This document shows, piece by piece, positions 60,443-64,000 of a DNA stretch of 64,000 nt. Within the stretch, counting starts at the first letter, position 1; each line of letters opens with the position of its first letter. The position numbers and the translations under genes are program-made. The notes beneath the pieces are model-generated. The model was given only the letters and a program-made list of their open reading frames with translations. It did no database searches and was not told the origin of the DNA. The stretch is from NCBI GenBank assembly GCA_964016885.1, contig OZ024749.1:1178001-1242000 (forward strand). Direction: 5' to 3'. The stretch is from Eledone cirrhosa (Eukaryota).

Positions 60443-60780
60443 TCATCATCATTTCATTTTACGTCGCTTTTTCCCTGCTTGCAAGGGTGGGACGGAAATT
60501 GATTCTGGCTTGATTTCTACAGCTGGATGCCCTTCCTAACACCAACCTCATTTACAGTGAGTACTGGGTGCTTTTTTTGCCGTGGCACCTCCACGACCAC
60601 TTTGCAGTGGAATGATAGTGACCCCAGTCCCTATCATCTCATTTCTACAGCTGAGTAAACTGGAGCAATGTGAAATAAAGTGTCTTGCTCAAGGAAACAA
60701 CACATCACCCGGTCTGGGAATTGAACTCACAACCTTTCGATTGCAAGGCCAATGCTCTAACCACTAAGCCATGTGCCTCC
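60443..60780 (-). mobile_element. tRNA-derived CORE-like SINE (family 1) with RTE family B tail
   Basis: Near-identical to 13051-13381; flanked by (TA)n. Confidence 0.92.
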
Positions 60781-61920
60781 ATATATATATATATATATAA
60801 AAATAAGGGACAGTTGTGCCATTATACACACACACACACACACACACATTATATATATATATATATATATAAAATGGAAAGTTGTTCCTATATATATAAA
60901 TTATCAGAAAATATTTTAATATAAATGCTATGAGAGACATACAATGTCCAATACCACTCGCACACCCATGGACACAGAATATCGACTGTTGTAGAAAATT
61001 CCCAGTAATACTAACAAATAGCAATTGTGGGATGTTAAGCTAAGAAAGGAATGTGACAGAGAGAGGAGACATATATATAGGAGGTGTGGGTATATATTAC
61101 CCACACATATATAGACAGAGAGGGTGAGGCAGACAGATACAGAGATGACTACAAACCAACCGTTCTAAGCAAAGCATGTTAAAAATATCAGAGCAGTCTG
61201 TGGTAATGTTTCTGCTGACAATTCTGGTAAATAAACTCACGACGAATACAAATTCGTCAAAATAATAGTAATAATTGTTTCTACTATAGGCACAAGGCCA
61301 GCAATTGCCCAGTGCATTACTGGTACTTTATTTTATCGACCCCCGTAAGGATGAAAGGCAAAGTCAACCTCGGCGGGATTTGAACAATAGTAATAATGAT
61401 AACAAAAACGGTTTTCTTCTTTCTTATTGATTATTATTGTTGCCTGAAGATGAAGGTATAGAAAAAGTAGATAAAAAATAGAACTAAATAAATGATGGAA
61501 GAAACGATTGATGTGGCTGAGAGGAATCAATATTTTAGTAAAGAGAATATAAAATCTACCAATGTTTTATAAATTTGTAAATGTCACCTTACAATGAGTA
61601 ATAACATATTTGATTTAAAACATATATATATATATATATATATGATAGCTGCCCCATCATTATCGAGTATGGCCATTGCACGATATACCATTATCAATAA
61701 TTAATTAATTCCATCGTGCAATGCCTGTGCGTGTAGATTTTTTTTGAAGTGATGAAAGACTGTGCACTGAGCCAATCCCACTCTCTGAGCGACACTAGCT
61801 ATAACCCGAAAAGAAGAAAAGATCAACATCATCGGTAACTACTGAGCCGCAGGTTTTATGTCGGAGTTAACCCAGTTTCCTGAGTTGCCTTCTCCTAGAA
61901 GAATGCCCTGACAAAGGCTA

Positions 61921-62299
61921 GTATATACATATATATATGCATATATATATATACATATATATAGTATATACATATATGCATATATATAGTATATACATAT
62001 ATGCATATATATAGTATATACATATATGCATATATATATATACATATACATATATATAGTATATACATATGTATATACATATATATATGCATATATATAC
62101 ATACATATATATATGCAATATATACATACATACATGCATATATATACATACATATATGCATATATATACACATATATATACACATATATACATATATATA
62201 TACACATATATACATATATATATACACATATATACATATATATATACACATATATACACATATATATATATGCATATATATATACACATATATATACAC
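61921..62299. repeat. (TA/CA)n compound microsatellite
   Basis: Read directly; it accounts for the spurious N-terminus of ORF 62069-63370. Confidence 0.95.
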
Positions 62300-63661
62300 A
62301 AAGCTAAGGCTTTTAATTCTGTGCCACACAAAAGACTTATGGCAAAACTCTCTGCAATGGGTGTGAGGGATAATCTTTTCGACTGGCTGAAATCCTTCAT
62401 TCTCAGCCGAAAGGAAGTAGTCACGGTTCTAGGACAGCATTCTTCACCATATGAGATGTCATCTGGTGTACCACAGGGATCTGTTCTTGGTCCTCTTTTG
62501 TTTGTGGCATATATTAATGACATAGATGCCAACTTACAGAATGCCACGGTACTAAAATATGCAGATGACATCAAGCTGTACCTTGAAATCAAAAGGACTG
62601 ATCCTGAAATTTACAACTCTTTCCTACAATCAGACCTGGACACAATGCAGCAATGGATCACAGACTGGCAACTGAAGCTGGCTGTGGACAAGTGTACCAC
62701 CATGCATTTTGGAAGGAAAAATCCAGCGTCCACATACTCCCTCCACAACACTGACATCAAAAAGTCCTCTTGTGAACGTGACCTGGGCATTACTGTCAGC
62801 AACGATTTGCGTTGGACAAAGCATGTCTCTAAGATTGTCAAGAAGGCCGAGGGTGTCTTGGCATCACTCAGCAAGACCTTTGTTAGCCGCTCTCCAGCCA
62901 TCTATTTAAAACTGTATACAGCTATGGTGCGACCACACTTGGAATTCGCATCATCAGTCTGGAACCCCTATCTTGCTCGGAACATTGACCTCCTGGAAAC
63001 TGTTCAGAGACGTGCAACCAAGCGCATACCCTCCATCAGACACCTACCATACTCTGAACGCCTTGCTTCCCTGGGCATGGATTCATTGAAGCTCCGACGT
63101 CTGGCAATGGACTTGGTGAATACCCACAAAGTTTTTAACCATCTCGCCAACTGCAACCCTGAGCGCCTCTTTGATCTCCATGTGTCTAACACACGTGGAC
63201 ATGCCTACAAAATAAGAAAACAGCACAGCTCCCATGACTTTCGCAGACATTTTTTCACGCTCAGAGTTGCTGAAGCATGGAACAAACTGCCTGCGTCAAT
63301 TGTTAGCTGCCGAGACACTGCATCCTTTAAGACACTCATGCTTCCCGAAATACGCCAAAACTACACCTGATGTACCCCTTCCATACACATGCACACATGT
63401 GTGTATCATGACTCATGCACTGTTCATTTTACTGATGTTTGTGCATTGCCCTATGTACTGTACATGCACTTTTTTGATGAGTTGTGGTGCACCTGGGCAC
63501 TGTACACAATATTTCATTATTGTTATTGTTATTATATCATGACTCATACACTGTTTATTTTCCTGACATTTGTACATTATTCTATGTACTATACATGCAC
63601 CTTTGATGAGTTGTAGTGCACCTGAGCACTGTACACAATAATTTCATTATTATTATTATTT
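62300..63661 (+). mobile_element. CR1-clade LINE, 5'-truncated, with intact RT C-terminal frame, duplicated 3'UTR and (ATT)n tail
   Basis: [76 protein letters not shown]; stop at 63370. Confidence 0.93.
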
Positions 63662-63684
63662 ATAGATACACATATATATAAATA

Positions 63685-64000
63685 TGTCAGGTCACCACTT
63701 GGTGCTACTGGTAACATGTATCCCAGTACAACCTGTCTCATGGTCGGGTCGTTGGCGACTAAACTGGCAACCCCACCAAAGTTTCTTGGTGAGGAGGGTG
63801 ACTTTGGACATCCTGCAGGACTAAAAACAAAACCTGTCAAAAGGCAAAGGAGCTCTTAAGAGTCAATGGCCATCCAAAATCACCGGGAGAGATGACCCCT
63901 TAGCCTTTGTCAAGGCAGAATTCTAGGAGAAGGAAAACTCTGATATAACACCTGCAACCCTGATGGTATCCAATGATGTTGACTTGTTCTTCTTTTTGGT
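63685..64000 (+). mobile_element. Start of a dispersed element, probable LINE 5'UTR; runs off the window
   Basis: 63885-64000 matches 51938-52053. Confidence 0.55.

Noticed and set aside
62069-62299. N-terminal 77 aa of the 433-aa ORF
   Set aside because: (TA/CA)n run in frame by chance with a 5'-truncated CR1 RT; not a real start.

Overview
Eukaryotic, AT-rich, microsatellite-dense DNA made almost entirely of repeats. The mix of tRNA-head SINEs with CORE-like bodies, RTE LINEs with (GAT)n tails and (TA/CA)n runs suggests a cephalopod (Octopus-like) intronic or intergenic region; the taxon is inference. No host gene can be called with confidence. Retroelements: a young RTE LINE whose ORF is open from base 1 to 2388 and has a C4HC3 PHD-type finger inside the RT domain; other RTE subfamilies; a 5'-truncated CR1 LINE; Dong/R4-like, CRE-like and Penelope-like remnants; two SINE families. 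DNA elements: a decayed mariner, a decayed piggyBac with TTAA MITEs, and non-autonomous Helitrons including a head-to-tail array. Satellites: 31, 50, 66, 30 and 44/45 bp monomers. Main observations: (1) type I hammerhead ribozyme motifs, three sharing a C-C mismatch in stem II despite unrelated stem sequences; (2) the PHD finger inside RT; (3) one SINE carrying two alternative 3' tails, each matching a different RTE family in the window; (4) two large satellites that appear to have arisen inside retroelement copies; (5) a cluster of perfect inverted and templated duplications at 39.7-43.6 kb. All alignments and folds were done by eye.
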